64,000 nucleotides of DNA, from positions 192,001-256,000 of the forward strand of contig CAXXGI010000001.1 of assembly GCA_963674695.2 (NCBI GenBank). Reading direction: 5' to 3'. This document shows, piece by piece, positions 49,301 to 60,800 of the stretch; position 1 is the first letter of the stretch, and every line of letters begins with the position of its first letter. A program made the translations under genes and the position numbers. The notes under the pieces are model-generated. The model searched no databases and had not been told where the DNA came from. It was given only the letters and a program-made list of their open reading frames with translations. Source of the DNA: a bacterium (GTDB taxonomy: Bacteria; UBA10199; 2-02-FULL-44-16; JAAZCA01).

Positions 49301-50545
49301 CTTCCCCAGTCGCTGACCAGCCGGCTGGGGCTCTCCCATGAAGCGCTCCTGCGCCTGCAGGGGTTGCGCTCGCTGCGAGAGAAAGAATGGGATCAGATCG
49401 ACCGCTATAGCACAGACCTCCACATTCATCCCACGACGGGTTCCAAACATCCCTTTGCGGAGCTGGATGACGAGGCGCTGACCAAAATCGTCTTCCCGGA
49501 CGTCGAAGCACAGGCTGGCGCGACGGTCGACTGGATCAATCGTTTGATCGAACGATATACCGATCACCCACAACCGACGCTGCTGGGCGATCTCGCCGCT
49601 CTGCGTTTGACGATCCAAGCCGCGGTCGAAGGGCAGGTCGATTATAATCGGCTGGCTGGTGCCGTGCGCGAAGCGCTGCGCTTGCATGCTTCGGCAACCC
49701 CTGCCTCCGAGCTGGAATTGATCGAACGATCGCGAAAGGAATTGAAGGATACCATCACCGCGCACACCGCCCCCTTAGGAGCGCGCATGCTCGAAGAGCG
49801 CGCTCGTATCGTCAGCGAACACGCCCATCGCTTTGACCCGAACTTTCTCCACGCGTTCGCCTATGACACGAAGCTGCGCACCCCGACCTTTTCCGAATAC
49901 GAACCTCCGTTTCTGGCGAACATGCCGAGGGAGATGCAGACGCTGGTCGCAGCCAATCGTTCGATCACGCCGGGCTTTGACAAGGCACACGAGCGCTATC
50001 TCGCGGAAGCCGAGAAACTGGGACTTCCCGAAAACGATGACGGCTTCGGATCCTTTCTCGTCAACGAAACGATGCTCACGTTCGAAAAAGACGGACGCAT
50101 CGATCCCCACAGCATCCGCTGGGAGATCGACCTGCTCAATCACCTTCGCCCGCACCTGGACATCGATCGGCTCTCGGAAGATCGCCTGGCCGCCTGGAAT
50201 CTGGCCACCGACATCGCCATCATCCTCGACCTGGCGCAGCCGAGTTCGCCCTCCTCGACCCCACCGGCGTCGGGGAACACCGAGAACTCACCTCCTACGC
50301 CATCGAACGCCGGCGATCAGGGAAGCGGCACGCCCGGTGCGAGCACCGCAGAGACCCGAGCGATGCAACCGCTCGTCGTCGAAGCCAGCGCCATCTATGC
50401 CGACCCCCTGGCCAACCCTCTGGCCGTCGGCTCCGAACGCGTCATCGATGATGGCATGGCGGGAGTGACCTCGGATCCGTTCCTGGGTATGGGTCCCGCA
50501 TCGACCTTCGGCAACGCTTTTGCCCTGCGCGCCCTGATGCCTTGA
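46307..50545 (+). CDS. Orphan protein C, 1412 aa (shared C-terminal tail)
   Basis: Long ORF with RBS gaggag, 10 nt after gene B. Confidence 0.82.
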   Translation: MVMTRAPQALDAARKAARAMLPRGASEAAELGLATALIEEYQHSERLESDASIARFEATLVDAVDRYVQQPTHKRLHLTTAGHRAQAERFFAAFRKETFAPFGPRRNYGHLKLIVWLISPKTASNERNALLAQTLPKLSEEGFDATTLRDGIIGSMNLPPRAATHLMERARRFLMTLDSFREIPPQASPAKLFALLNERRFGNMKLSLPQWLARVDDAIAEAERTGETGTLFATLNDLTRGVVRLQSDLFAEGQLLDAFPQLFDVDRTPAFDAPSAPDLLLEGHRTLEGARTLLKQFPDLKAPMASLDEIAILERLLTFLVDRTVPEALRLDLAQHLMTMPLPDPLTNTHIVLDRGPNTLYAQVRLLTENPMAWSHKDITSAVSYSLAPNVGSFLKRLALASPVLAQELHQEIAPAEASEDSWSEHFTPQLHLDAQQPAPLSITPWNLDAMTLNDAIEPHAGLRDEIIATTRELTAIDAQLARHANEYGIDDAYLHSLDRLLMVETRAHEGNALRSAIVARTVAAHAWAAMALAPDRSHELEETLISAAVRLARHLKPATAIANSIFDTKYPLGRHRIVSPGPTHRGDPNWQLSGVHLLPDGMGLTESHITPSEIIAHAGVIAAGRGHPVWASTFLSNAAQLDNAAPFAFPLITSAMLAAAPMMSTPLLARGLGQRPVVMKETPRNLVHLSRMSTSDRQWLMQSGYMRQTRDGFSLNTDLRFGGKPLSIAYPATFSEIAARLSDDDPLRDRQLLSTYLLPFGGEIGITNRRSEPIAHLMPLTGDPREGLLDTRSPDRIAGQLQRFLQDEQLEGKDQNAIGRAVTMRLFPYSDLNGHNPIVATMTNGYIVRAAVNDDGTPIPGAYTVETRVYGRDDTVAREELNTELFIPDTTPDSLWGKEEFLRVNLRLAVNDGHVTQADLITRQNDTLVRYEFAPPEIRALQGIVPPLERFHLHAPDAPTLLGWQVFPTHLWAEDISKEQANRIDPWDSSRGILNLDLPQSLTSRLGLSHEALLRLQGLRSLREKEWDQIDRYSTDLHIHPTTGSKHPFAELDDEALTKIVFPDVEAQAGATVDWINRLIERYTDHPQPTLLGDLAALRLTIQAAVEGQVDYNRLAGAVREALRLHASATPASELELIERSRKELKDTITAHTAPLGARMLEERARIVSEHAHRFDPNFLHAFAYDTKLRTPTFSEYEPPFLANMPREMQTLVAANRSITPGFDKAHERYLAEAEKLGLPENDDGFGSFLVNETMLTFEKDGRIDPHSIRWEIDLLNHLRPHLDIDRLSEDRLAAWNLATDIAIILDLAQPSSPSSTPPASGNTENSPPTPSNAGDQGSGTPGASTAETRAMQPLVVEASAIYADPLANPLAVGSERVIDDGMAGVTSDPFLGMGPASTFGNAFALRALMP

Positions 50546-50573
50546 CCCCCTGATCGACAGATTAAAACAGCAC

Positions 50574-50600
50574 GAAACTTTTCGGGGTATGCGCCGATAT
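50574..50600 (+). promoter_or_regulatory. Sigma28-like promoter motif
   Basis: GAAAC-N14-GCCGATAT. Confidence 0.62.
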
Positions 50601-50654
50601 ACCCGTGCACGGCATCGCCTGCTGTGGTAATTATTTTTTCAGGAAAGGCTTTTC

Positions 50655-51776
50655 ATGAAGTCAAAGCTGGAACACCTCATCATCCTCCATCGGCCACAGC
50701 TGCGCACCGTCCTCGAAGAGAGTGCGCAGTCGATGAGCATGAGCGATGCCACGATCGTCGGCATGGCGCTCAAGCGACCCGAGGTCGTTCACAACAATTC
50801 CATCGCCCAGGATGTCTTGCATCATTTTCTCGATCGCCCAGAGACACGGGAAGCGATCGGGACCGAAGCCGCCGCACATATTCAGCACGAGATTCGTTCG
50901 CGCATGGAGCAGTCGACGTTTGCATCGGCCAAACGATTTGCTTCCGAGGCACCTCCCGCAAAACCAACGCTACGCACACTCGGCGCACTCCCCCCCATCG
51001 ACGTCATGCTCCTCTCCCGCTTGAGCGCCGAAGAGATCGAAATGCGCCTCGATGCCCTCGGGATACTGCCGCCGCTGGACACGCCGGAACTCATGGCGCT
51101 CATCGAGGCCTGGAGGATGAGCCACTTTGAGACCTTTCGTTCTGATCCCGCATCGCTGATCATCTCACCGCAGACCAGCCCCTACCTCCTGGAACTCCTC
51201 CCCGAAGGGGAGCCCGACTGGAAGTGGCAAGCGGCGACTCGCGCCTTTCGAAATGCCATGGTGTACTACCCTCAGACCTATATCATGCAATCGCTGATCA
51301 TCGAACGACTCAATCTGAGCGAGGCATTTGTACACTTCTCAAGCCAACAACCCGAATTCGCATTCCATGCCATGGACCGAACTTCCATCCCCTCCTACAA
51401 CGGCATCGACGCGCCCTTTATCATATCGATCCCAAACCTCTCGGCCATTCGCACGACCTATCTCTTTTTACTCCTCCACCGCGATCATATCCTCAGCATG
51501 AGCCATCGCGGAACCATGACCTCCGAAGAAATCATCACAAACAAACCGGAGAGCGGAGAAAACCAGAGCGGTACGCCGAGCACTTCCAATCACAACCCGC
51601 CGACCTCATCAAACCCCGGGAATGACATATCCTCCATGCACAGTGGTGCATTCGACGAGGCGATGATCGCCGGCGCCCTGATGCAGACGGATACATCGAT
51701 CATGGATATGGGCACGTTTCAGACAGATCCTCTCTTCGGCGTCATGCCGCTGCCGGTCACATCGCTGATGCATTAA
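50655..51776 (+). CDS. Orphan protein D, 373 aa (shared C-terminal tail)
   Basis: Long ORF with no recognisable domain. Confidence 0.75.
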   Translation: MKSKLEHLIILHRPQLRTVLEESAQSMSMSDATIVGMALKRPEVVHNNSIAQDVLHHFLDRPETREAIGTEAAAHIQHEIRSRMEQSTFASAKRFASEAPPAKPTLRTLGALPPIDVMLLSRLSAEEIEMRLDALGILPPLDTPELMALIEAWRMSHFETFRSDPASLIISPQTSPYLLELLPEGEPDWKWQAATRAFRNAMVYYPQTYIMQSLIIERLNLSEAFVHFSSQQPEFAFHAMDRTSIPSYNGIDAPFIISIPNLSAIRTTYLFLLLHRDHILSMSHRGTMTSEEIITNKPESGENQSGTPSTSNHNPPTSSNPGNDISSMHSGAFDEAMIAGALMQTDTSIMDMGTFQTDPLFGVMPLPVTSLMH

Positions 51777-51815
51777 ACTGTTGCACACCCCCGATGCGAC
51801 AGTTCTAAACAGCAC

Positions 51816-51842
51816 GCAACTTTCCTTGCATTTCTGCGAAAA
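51816..51842 (+). promoter_or_regulatory. Sigma28-like promoter motif
   Basis: GCAAC-N14-TGCGAAAA, preceded by agttctaaacagcac. Confidence 0.58.
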
Positions 51843-51881
51843 GACGGGGACGAAGCGACCCTACCGCATGCATGGAGAGAT

Positions 51882-54800
51882 ATGAGCATCAACAGCATTT
51901 CGATCCAAATCGCGCAGACGCTCGCACAGTCGGTCACGACGGCGATCGATGAGGGCGACGGTTCCTCCGTATCCGATCGCGCCGATCAGTTCCTGCCGGA
52001 CGCGGCAACTCGCGAGAGTACGTTCGCGTTCACACCGAAACAGCTCGGCGATGTGATCGACGCGATGACCGAGACTTTCCTGCGCAACACGAGGGCCTCG
52101 TCGCTGGCGCGCTATGACATCGCCACTACCTTCCGCAACGCCTTTCATATCCTCACAAACGAACAATTTCCGAAAATGCGCGAACGCATCGCCAAGGGCG
52201 AAACACCGAGCCCAAAGCAGATTGCCCAGCTTATCACCGCGAGCCTCAAGAAGGGATATGCCGAGGCCCACCGCACCACACAGAAGAGCGCCGCCCTTCA
52301 TATTGCTCCCTACGCCGAGATCCTCGCCCCGTTCGTCGAGCGCTATGCTGCGCGCCTCGATCTCGTCGGGAGCAAAGATCCCGCAAGCACCCCAAAGCGA
52401 ACCCAGAAGAAATCGCCGAGCCAAGCGGCACAAACCATTTCACCGACGGCAGCGGCGAAGATCATTGTGCGCGCACGTACACGCATCGATGCCATGCAAG
52501 CATGGATCCTTACGCTCGACGGAGATGCGCAGCAACGCGCGGAAGAGAACCTCAATCGCGCCACCTCGCTCATCACAGAGACCGGGCTCACCTCACTCGG
52601 AGCCGATGAAATCGAGATCGCCGATGCATTGGAACGCCTGGGGGCAGTGCAGATCCTCGCAGCGACGGAGGCCGTCCTCGAGATCGAAGAGGCCTTCATC
52701 GCCGTGCGCGCGCTCGTTCATAAGGCCGCCATCGACGACAGCACCCTGCAGACCGATCGCTTTCTCGATCGCGCGATCGTCGCCCAGGGACGGGCACGCA
52801 CCCTGCGGGATGACCTGAACGACTGGATCGCCGCACGGCCGGAATGCGCGGAACACGACGCAGCACTGCGAACCGCGCTCGATCACTATCTACGCTTTTG
52901 GCTGAACGCCCATCGTGAGGATACGAGCCAACGCCTCACGCTCATTCCGGAGATGCGCGAAGACGCCGTCGCCCTCACGCTGTCCGCGGCGGGCGATGAA
53001 CGGCATGCGTTCAACGCGATCTTTCGCCAACTGCTCGCGCATCTGGTCATCAGCGCTCAGCAGCGCAGTCTGCAATCCATTGCAGACGGCATCGAGCGAA
53101 AGCCGGAGACCAAACAGGAAGGCACGTCACACCCGCAACAGGAATCCGACGTGCGCACGCGTCTGGCCCACCGACGCAAACAGCTGCAGGGCGAACGAGG
53201 CAGCGACATCCTCACGGCCTCTCAAACGGCGTCCACGCGAAAAACAACACCCACGAGTGCTACAACACCGCCGAGCCGCAGACGTCCGTTCATCCCGGGC
53301 GGAACACAGGGACTCGGTTCACTCATCGACGAATATGAACGCCTCATCGGACCGATCGATCCGGATCAATTCGAGCGAGAGACCGGCTCGGATCTCAAAC
53401 GCGTTCGGCAGTATGGGGAGATCCGACGCGATCGCCTCGCCTCTGCCGCGCGCTGGAATATCCTGCGTCGGCTCATGCAGGGAACCCCATGGGAAACCCT
53501 CGTGGCCGATGCCGAGGAGAACGAAACACTCGATCGACTCATCCTGCGCTATCCGCCGGCAAACGCCTCAACCGCATGGCCTCAACAGGTTTGGCAGGCC
53601 AGGCAGCAGGATCGCCTCGTCGAACTGGCTCGCTCCTATACCCCGAGCGCCTTCCTCCTCGGCATGAACCTGCGCGCGATGCTCGAGCGCAATCCACCGA
53701 AGGATGCCGACGAAAAGAAGTGGAAGAAGACGGTCACCGAATACGCAGAGGCGGGGCTCGTCACCGATTTTGAACTCTCGGAATACGATCGCCCCCCGTA
53801 CCTGGCGAAGCAGGATTGGGAGCTCGTCATCGCCCATCACATCGCAAACGACGATCTCGAACGCATCTCGACCGAGCCGCGGCACGCGAATGCCAACGCG
53901 GAGCTGTTGGCGATCTTCGATGCCCTCTGGACCCGGGCGCGCCGCCACGGCTTTGAACTCGACCCGATCGATCTTCTCGCGGGCGCCTCCCCGATCATCC
54001 GCAGTATGCGCGATCGGGCAACGGCCAACGGCACCATCGACGTCTTCGTTCCTCGCTTTATGGCCGAACTCAAATATGAAAATTTCGGCACGCCGACGCT
54101 GGCGCGCTTGCTCGGCGGTCTGGACCAGATCCCCGAAGCAACGCGACTCAACCAGGAGCGCGGCGGCGTCATCCGCATGAGCTGGATGACCCTCGATCGC
54201 ATCAACACGCCGCTGGCGGTCGCCGACATCAGCGGCCTGGACGATCAGGAACGCCGCCACAAAGAGTTCGACGGCGGCTTTATGCGCTGGGTGGATCTCG
54301 CGCTCAACATCACGCCGCAGATTCAGGATGCCTCCGGACGCGCGCAGGGTCGCGCCGCACTCCCTGCGGCAAGTCGATATCGTTTCCAACTCACGCCCAA
54401 CCCCGCCGAATACGTCGTCGACGAATCCGAGGGTGCCGCTCACGATATCTCGAGTGTTCTGACTAACGCGGGCCGCGGATATTACGGCCGGCTCCTGCAC
54501 CGGGTGGACGACTATCTGAACGCGATCATTTCGCTCCCGTTTGAAGTGACGATCACCAGCATTCCCCAACAGGGCCGCGAAGAGACGCAGACCATACCCG
54601 TGGAAACGCTGCGCGAAGAGGTCAGTGCGCTCATGAGCGAAGAGGAAGAAAACCGCGTGCTGCTCCAGGTCGGTTCGATGGATGCGGAACTCCAGAGCGA
54701 TCTGGAATCCTTCTATGCGGCGCTCGGCCGAAGACTGCGTGAAATGCTCTATCACATGCCGGCACGCGGCACGGCTGTGATCGGCGACCATGCGATCCCC

Positions 54801-57800
54801 TTTCAGGCCGTCTCCGCACTCGTACGCACGCGGATCGCTGCCCAGGCGGGCAACAGAACAACGCTCATCGTCGACAACACCACAGCGGCATCGCTCTCGA
54901 ACGACCGTCGAAATGCCTTGGCAACAATTCGCCTGCTCATCCCTCTTGCACACCGCGAGGGAAGACTCGCGCCCGGCGCGGAATCGAGCATGGCCCTGCT
55001 TCACGATGGTATCGCCCCGCTCTGGACAGACGACATCCATCGCCTGGATCAGGCCGTGCAGGATTATCAGCGATACGCCAACGCCAGACCGCTCGACGAT
55101 GCCGGCACGGACCTCGCTCAGATCCTGCGCACCGGAGGAGCCGGCGCACACGTACGCGTTCTTCCGATCGGCCCGATGCTGCCGGGGGGCAGCGCCGCCT
55201 GGCGCGAACAGTTTCCGTCCTTCGCCCGCAAGCGCGATGCCGATCACAGCATGATCGATGCCGGGATCGAGGCGATGACCGAATACTTCGCCACCAGCAA
55301 GGGATTCACGGGACACTTCTGGAAGCGCGACCTCGACCGCATCACGTCGAAGTGGGCAGACTACGCCGACGTCGACGCGCAAACCCTTCGCGCCCACATC
55401 GTCGCCTTCCTGCCGACCATCGGCGTCGCAAACGGCAAACCGAAGGATTGGATCGTTTCGATCGATCCGAGCGCACCGGAAGGAATCGCGCGCACGGATC
55501 TGGCCAACCGCGCCCTGCACATCTATCTCGAACTCTTCGCCCAAACGCCTCACATGACCACGAAGGTTCCGATCGAGGAGACGCTCCTCACGGATGTCAT
55601 CAATCGCACCTTCGCGGAATATGGCGCCGAGCTCGCCCATCGACCGAAACAACGCCTCGTGTTGCGCGAGACGCGCCTGCTGCTCGAGCGCCACAATGCG
55701 CAATCGAGCACCCCCACGATGCGAGCACAGGTCACGCTCCCCAGAACGGGACTCGGGCAGAAGACGGATGCGGAGGCGATGGAGCGGTGGCAACGGCTCA
55801 CCACGCACGCACGCTTCGGCATCGCTGCATTCGCGCGCCAGCACTTTCACGCACCGTATGCCACCGACGCCGCCATCGAGGAACTCGCGCTGCGCTTTGC
55901 CAATGAACGGCTCTTCTCGGCAGGAGCCATCGCGACGGAAACGATCGCATTGGAACTCGTCGGCGAAAATTTCCTCCCCTTCGAAGCAATCGCGCATCGC
56001 ATGGCGCTGGGAATGGCCCAGATTCTCGACGCCTATCTCACGCACGTCACCGAACACACCGATGCCATACACGCGCGCGCGATCGAGGCGATCGAGGCAA
56101 CCGCGAATGACGACGCCTTCTTTGCAGCGAACGAAGCCGAGTTTCGCGAGACTCTCGTTGCACGGCACGACCTGCCCGCATTCACAACGCTCATCGAAAC
56201 CGAAGCGAATGGAAGGCTCGCGCACGCGCTCGCCGGGAGCGAAGCGCCCGAGATCTCGATCGAGACATACACACAGGAACGCTACGCCGAGACCGTTGCC
56301 CCGCGCTATGAACACGCTCGCGCCGCGCGCGAGACGAGCGCGACCGAGATGGAGCAGCACCTTGCGGCCATCGGAGAGCTGCATGCCCAGGTGATGGCGC
56401 TCTCGGCTCGATACATGACGGCGATCGACGCCTCCGACATGAACCGCAATATCATCGAGCGCTGGAGCAAAACCCTCGAGGCGGGAGCGACCGCACTCGC
56501 AACGGCTCGCGAGAAGAAACCGGCGCTCATGTCATGGCTCGATGCGATCCAGGCCATCGCGCTCGACCTGGCCGACGCCCCGCACCCGACGCTCGAACGC
56601 CCGGGCGTGATGGACCGGGCGGTCGCCGCCGAAACAAGCGCTGAGGAAATCGCGACAACGCTCGACGCGACCGATGCGCGCGTGAAGGAAAATCGCCAGG
56701 CTCTCGATGATCGTCTGAAGGACATTGAAGCGAGGGAAGAGGCGCAGGCGATCGCGCAGACGGCACATACCCTCACCGGAGCGTTGACCACACAGAAAGA
56801 CATGCTGCAGCAAGCCGTGCAGCAGGCAACTGCCGACATCGATGCGATTCAGACGGATGATATCGATGCCATCGAACGGATCATCGCGTCTCTCAAAAAA
56901 GAGCTCTCCGACGAAAAAATCGGCCACGATCGCTTCGATGATGGCAGGAGCGCACAGGTGGTGATCGGCAACACGTCCGAAAAACTCCACGGACGCCTTC
57001 GGGAAATCGAAGCGCACCTTGAAAAGGCATGCAAAGGGGAAAAGGGGAACCTGACATCTACGCTCAAACAGGCCCGGACAATCCTCCAGAGAATCGACGG
57101 CGAAGATCCAGCCCTTGCGGCGCAGATCGCAGCGATCGAGGAAACGCTTGGGAAAACAGAGACGCTCATCGCTCGGATCACTGCCCTTCATGTGCAGATC
57201 GACGCCTTCTCCGAAACGGTCGCGCAGACGATCACCGCAGCAGAACCCAAACTCACCGTCGCCGATGCGATCGACTTGAGCCCCTTCCGCACGTCACCCA
57301 GGGCAGCCGCATCACCGTCCGATCTCGTCCTGAACGATGAAGCCATCGCGGGAAACCCGCACTTCAAGGCCAAACAGCGTCTCGCGCCGATTCTTGATGG
57401 AGGCGTGTTCTCGTATGCGGGCAAAGCACATCTACTCTCAGCTGATACGATAAAGCGGATCACAATCTGGATGACGAATGGTCGAACAGAAACGCTCACC
57501 TTTACCGACCTCTTCGACACGAACATCAAACTGGCGGCAGGAACATACGGCCTGCGCCTCGACGCGCGCAGCGATCTCATCGAGCACAATCCCGATCACG
57601 CCTATGCGCGTATCATCGCGACGCTGACGCTGGTCATCGAGGAAAAGGGGGGCGCCTCTGAAATCCTCTGGCGACTGGCGAGTCAATCACTCGGACAGAC
57701 AACGAACACCAAGGCACAGGCGCTGATGCGCAACCTCATGGCCACGCTGGCCGAACAGAAGACACCCGCCAACGCCGCATCCGCGCGCGCAGCCCTGAAC

Positions 57801-60800
57801 GACTGGGCCGTGCGTTATCGCGAGAATCTCTCCCAGGCGCTGGACACTGCCACCATCTCGAAGATTTTTCGAACTCCAGAAACGAAGAGCAAAGCCCCGA
57901 CGGAAACACCGCTCGGAATCGAGAGCGTCTACAGCTCGAACCTGCACGCAGCGATGGCACGACATTTTCAAGCACAGATCGAGATGCCACACCTGGAAAC
58001 GGTCCTGATTCGGAGCGCGAACGCGTTCACCGGCCTCCTCATTGATCCGAAAACGATGCAGCGCAGGCCGGGCCACAGCAATCCCCTCCAGATGAACGAG
58101 ACCACCCGCGTGTACGATTCGGGTCGGGGGAAATGGATACGGTTCAGAGAGATAATGAGCACAGTGGGAACCATCGACCTCAAACGAAATGTCTTCCTCG
58201 TGGACAACCCGCTGACCTCTCCCCGCAATACACGCGTGATGCGTCTGTATACGCGCATCTTTTCCAACCCCGAGTTCATGGATCTGGGATGGCTGATCCT
58301 GCAAGCGCTCACCAACAACATGCCCGCCCCGCTCACCCTGAGCATCATGGGGCTGCTCGAACCGATCACTCAGGCCTCCGAAGAGATGCCGCCGCCGAAG
58401 GAGCTGCACGACGTCCAGCGAACGGCGGTCGAACTCTACCGGATCTGGACGGAACCCGTCGAAGCGATGCCCGAGGTCGAGCGCTTCGATGTTGAGAATG
58501 CGAGCGCGACCATCGATGTCTTCCTCGACAAGGTCTCGATCAATTCCGAACTCGTCTCGCATAAGCTCACAACCGAGATACCGCGAAACCCGAAGCTGCG
58601 CCGTGAAATCGCCATGCTCCTCATGCTCTCGGCGGTCACATCCGACGACTATGTCGACGCACGAACGATCGATCAGGAGAAATCGAAGCAGATCTACGAG
58701 TTCATCATGGAGCGCTTCGCCACCATCGCCAGAGCGATGCTCTTTGGGAACGCCTCAAAACGCGACCATACGTTCAACGCCGTGCTCAAGGACGGAAAGA
58801 CCGAAGCGCTCTATCGAGAGCTCCGCCCCCTGATCCTGGCCGACCGCACCAGAAACATCATTCGTTTCAAGGAGGCGAAACAGGTCGACAACGCCATGAT
58901 GCAGCGACGAGTCCTCTTTGCCGAGCCGAGCCCGGCGATGATCGCTCGATTTCCGGAGCTGGGCCGCGTTCCGATCGACGCCATCTTGAAGGCCCTCGAC
59001 CTGGATATCGAAACCGGTTTCGGCGAATTCGGCTATGTCCTGCCGGAGCTGGCCCCCTTGCTGACAATCCTGGCGATCGCGGAGCCATGTCTCCCACAAT
59101 CGTTGCGCCAGGAAACGGAGAAGCTCTTTGAACAGATCACCAACGAGGCTATCGACCTCTCACAGAACAGGAAACGCGACCGGAGCGCCATCCTCGATGG
59201 CATCGCGGAACAGACCATCGAACTCTACGCCGCCCACCGCGAGGCGATCCACGATGCGCTGCGCGAAACCGACCCGCGGACGGGGCGCACCTTCGCCTAC
59301 GGTCTCTTCGGCACCGACGCCTTCGCGCGCGAAGAGGAGCCGACCTGGGAAGAGATGCGAGCCTATCCGCTTGTGCGACTCCTCATGCCGGAGAGCGCAC
59401 AGGTCGCGCCTTCATCGCAGAAGATGATGCACTCGGACATGCTGCAGGGAAAGCTCACACTCCCCGGAGTGCCGTCTCCAACGGCAGACGCCATCCGCGA
59501 CTATGCGCTCGCCTTTCGCGAACACGTCGATCCGGGGTTCGTCTTTATCCTGCTCGGCCTCGAAAATGCCGAGCAGCTCCCCCGGCCGCTGGCCGATTAT
59601 TTCACGCAGCGGGAATGGTCGCGACCGGCCGTGCCCGAGCGCGGGGCGCCGGACTATCTCGCACGCAAGACCGACACGATGGCAGAAATTTTTATCACCT
59701 TTCAGCGAACCACCTTCGAGATCGCCGACATCCTGCGTGAGCCCGGCGTCCTGGCCGAGATGCGCGAAAGTCTCTCGGAAAACAACGGCCACCCTTCGAT
59801 CGCACTCGTCGGTACCGGCATGGAAGAGCCCTGGCTCCCCCTTCTCGTCCGACCGAAGCAGGTGGTCGATCGCCGGCTCGTCGAGATCATCCCGGAGCTC
59901 GGAGCATTCCAAACCCTTCCGGACGGGTATGATCGGCAGGACCCCATCACCGAGGCCGAGCCCCTGCTGCTGCTCTTCGACATCGCTCGCACGCACTTCT
60001 CGAAGCGGATGGAGCATGATTTCAAAGCGATCGCCAAGTGGATACGACAACATCTAGACGATGCAGCTGAACTCAATACGCCCAGGGCCCTCAAGCGAAA
60101 CGAATCATTCATGGCGCATCTCATCCCCTTCGTGCAACGGCATCGGGATGAGATCCGGGGCATGCTCTACACGCCGCTCAATAGCTTCCCGCGCGCGACG
60201 TTCAAACCCTATCTCGACGAGGGATCGTTCTCGCTCGACGATCATCTGCTCGAACTGATCACCGGCGATCATTTTCCACTCGACCCGCAGCTGCGCAACG
60301 CCCTGCCGATGCGCGCCGACGATCTGACCGAACACGACATCAACACCGCGCGCGCGATCCTGGGATCACACGCCTGGCTCGGGGATGCGATCGGCGATGA
60401 CAACCGCATCGCGCTGCGCGGCCAGATCGCCTGGCGTCTGGAAAACGCGATCGCGTCAGCAGAAAGCAAACCCCTTGGCGCGACGCTCATCACGCAGCTC
60501 GCCGACATTCCGGATGAATTCTATCCGGCCATGATGCTGCCCTGGTCGCAGGCGCTCCCCGAAGTTCATCACGATATGTTTGCCCATACCCTTCAGTCGA
60601 GCGGTGCCCTCGACGCCGAGCACGGCATCGTCGACCCGGATCGTCTCCTCTACGAACACGCCTGGATCCTCGTCGACGACCACGCGCACTTCTTTCCCCT
60701 CGTCAACCGCGCGCGATTCGACGAAAGAGCCACTCCCCTGCCGCGTCTCATACCGACGCAGGAACACCTATCACTCCCCGATCCGGCAGACGCCACCGTC

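Noticed and set aside
53568-56384. 938-aa antisense ORF and similar long shadow ORFs (4188-5723, 36465-38015, 38788-40662)
   Set aside because: These are the expected antisense shadows of GC-rich coding sequence, opposite well-supported genes.
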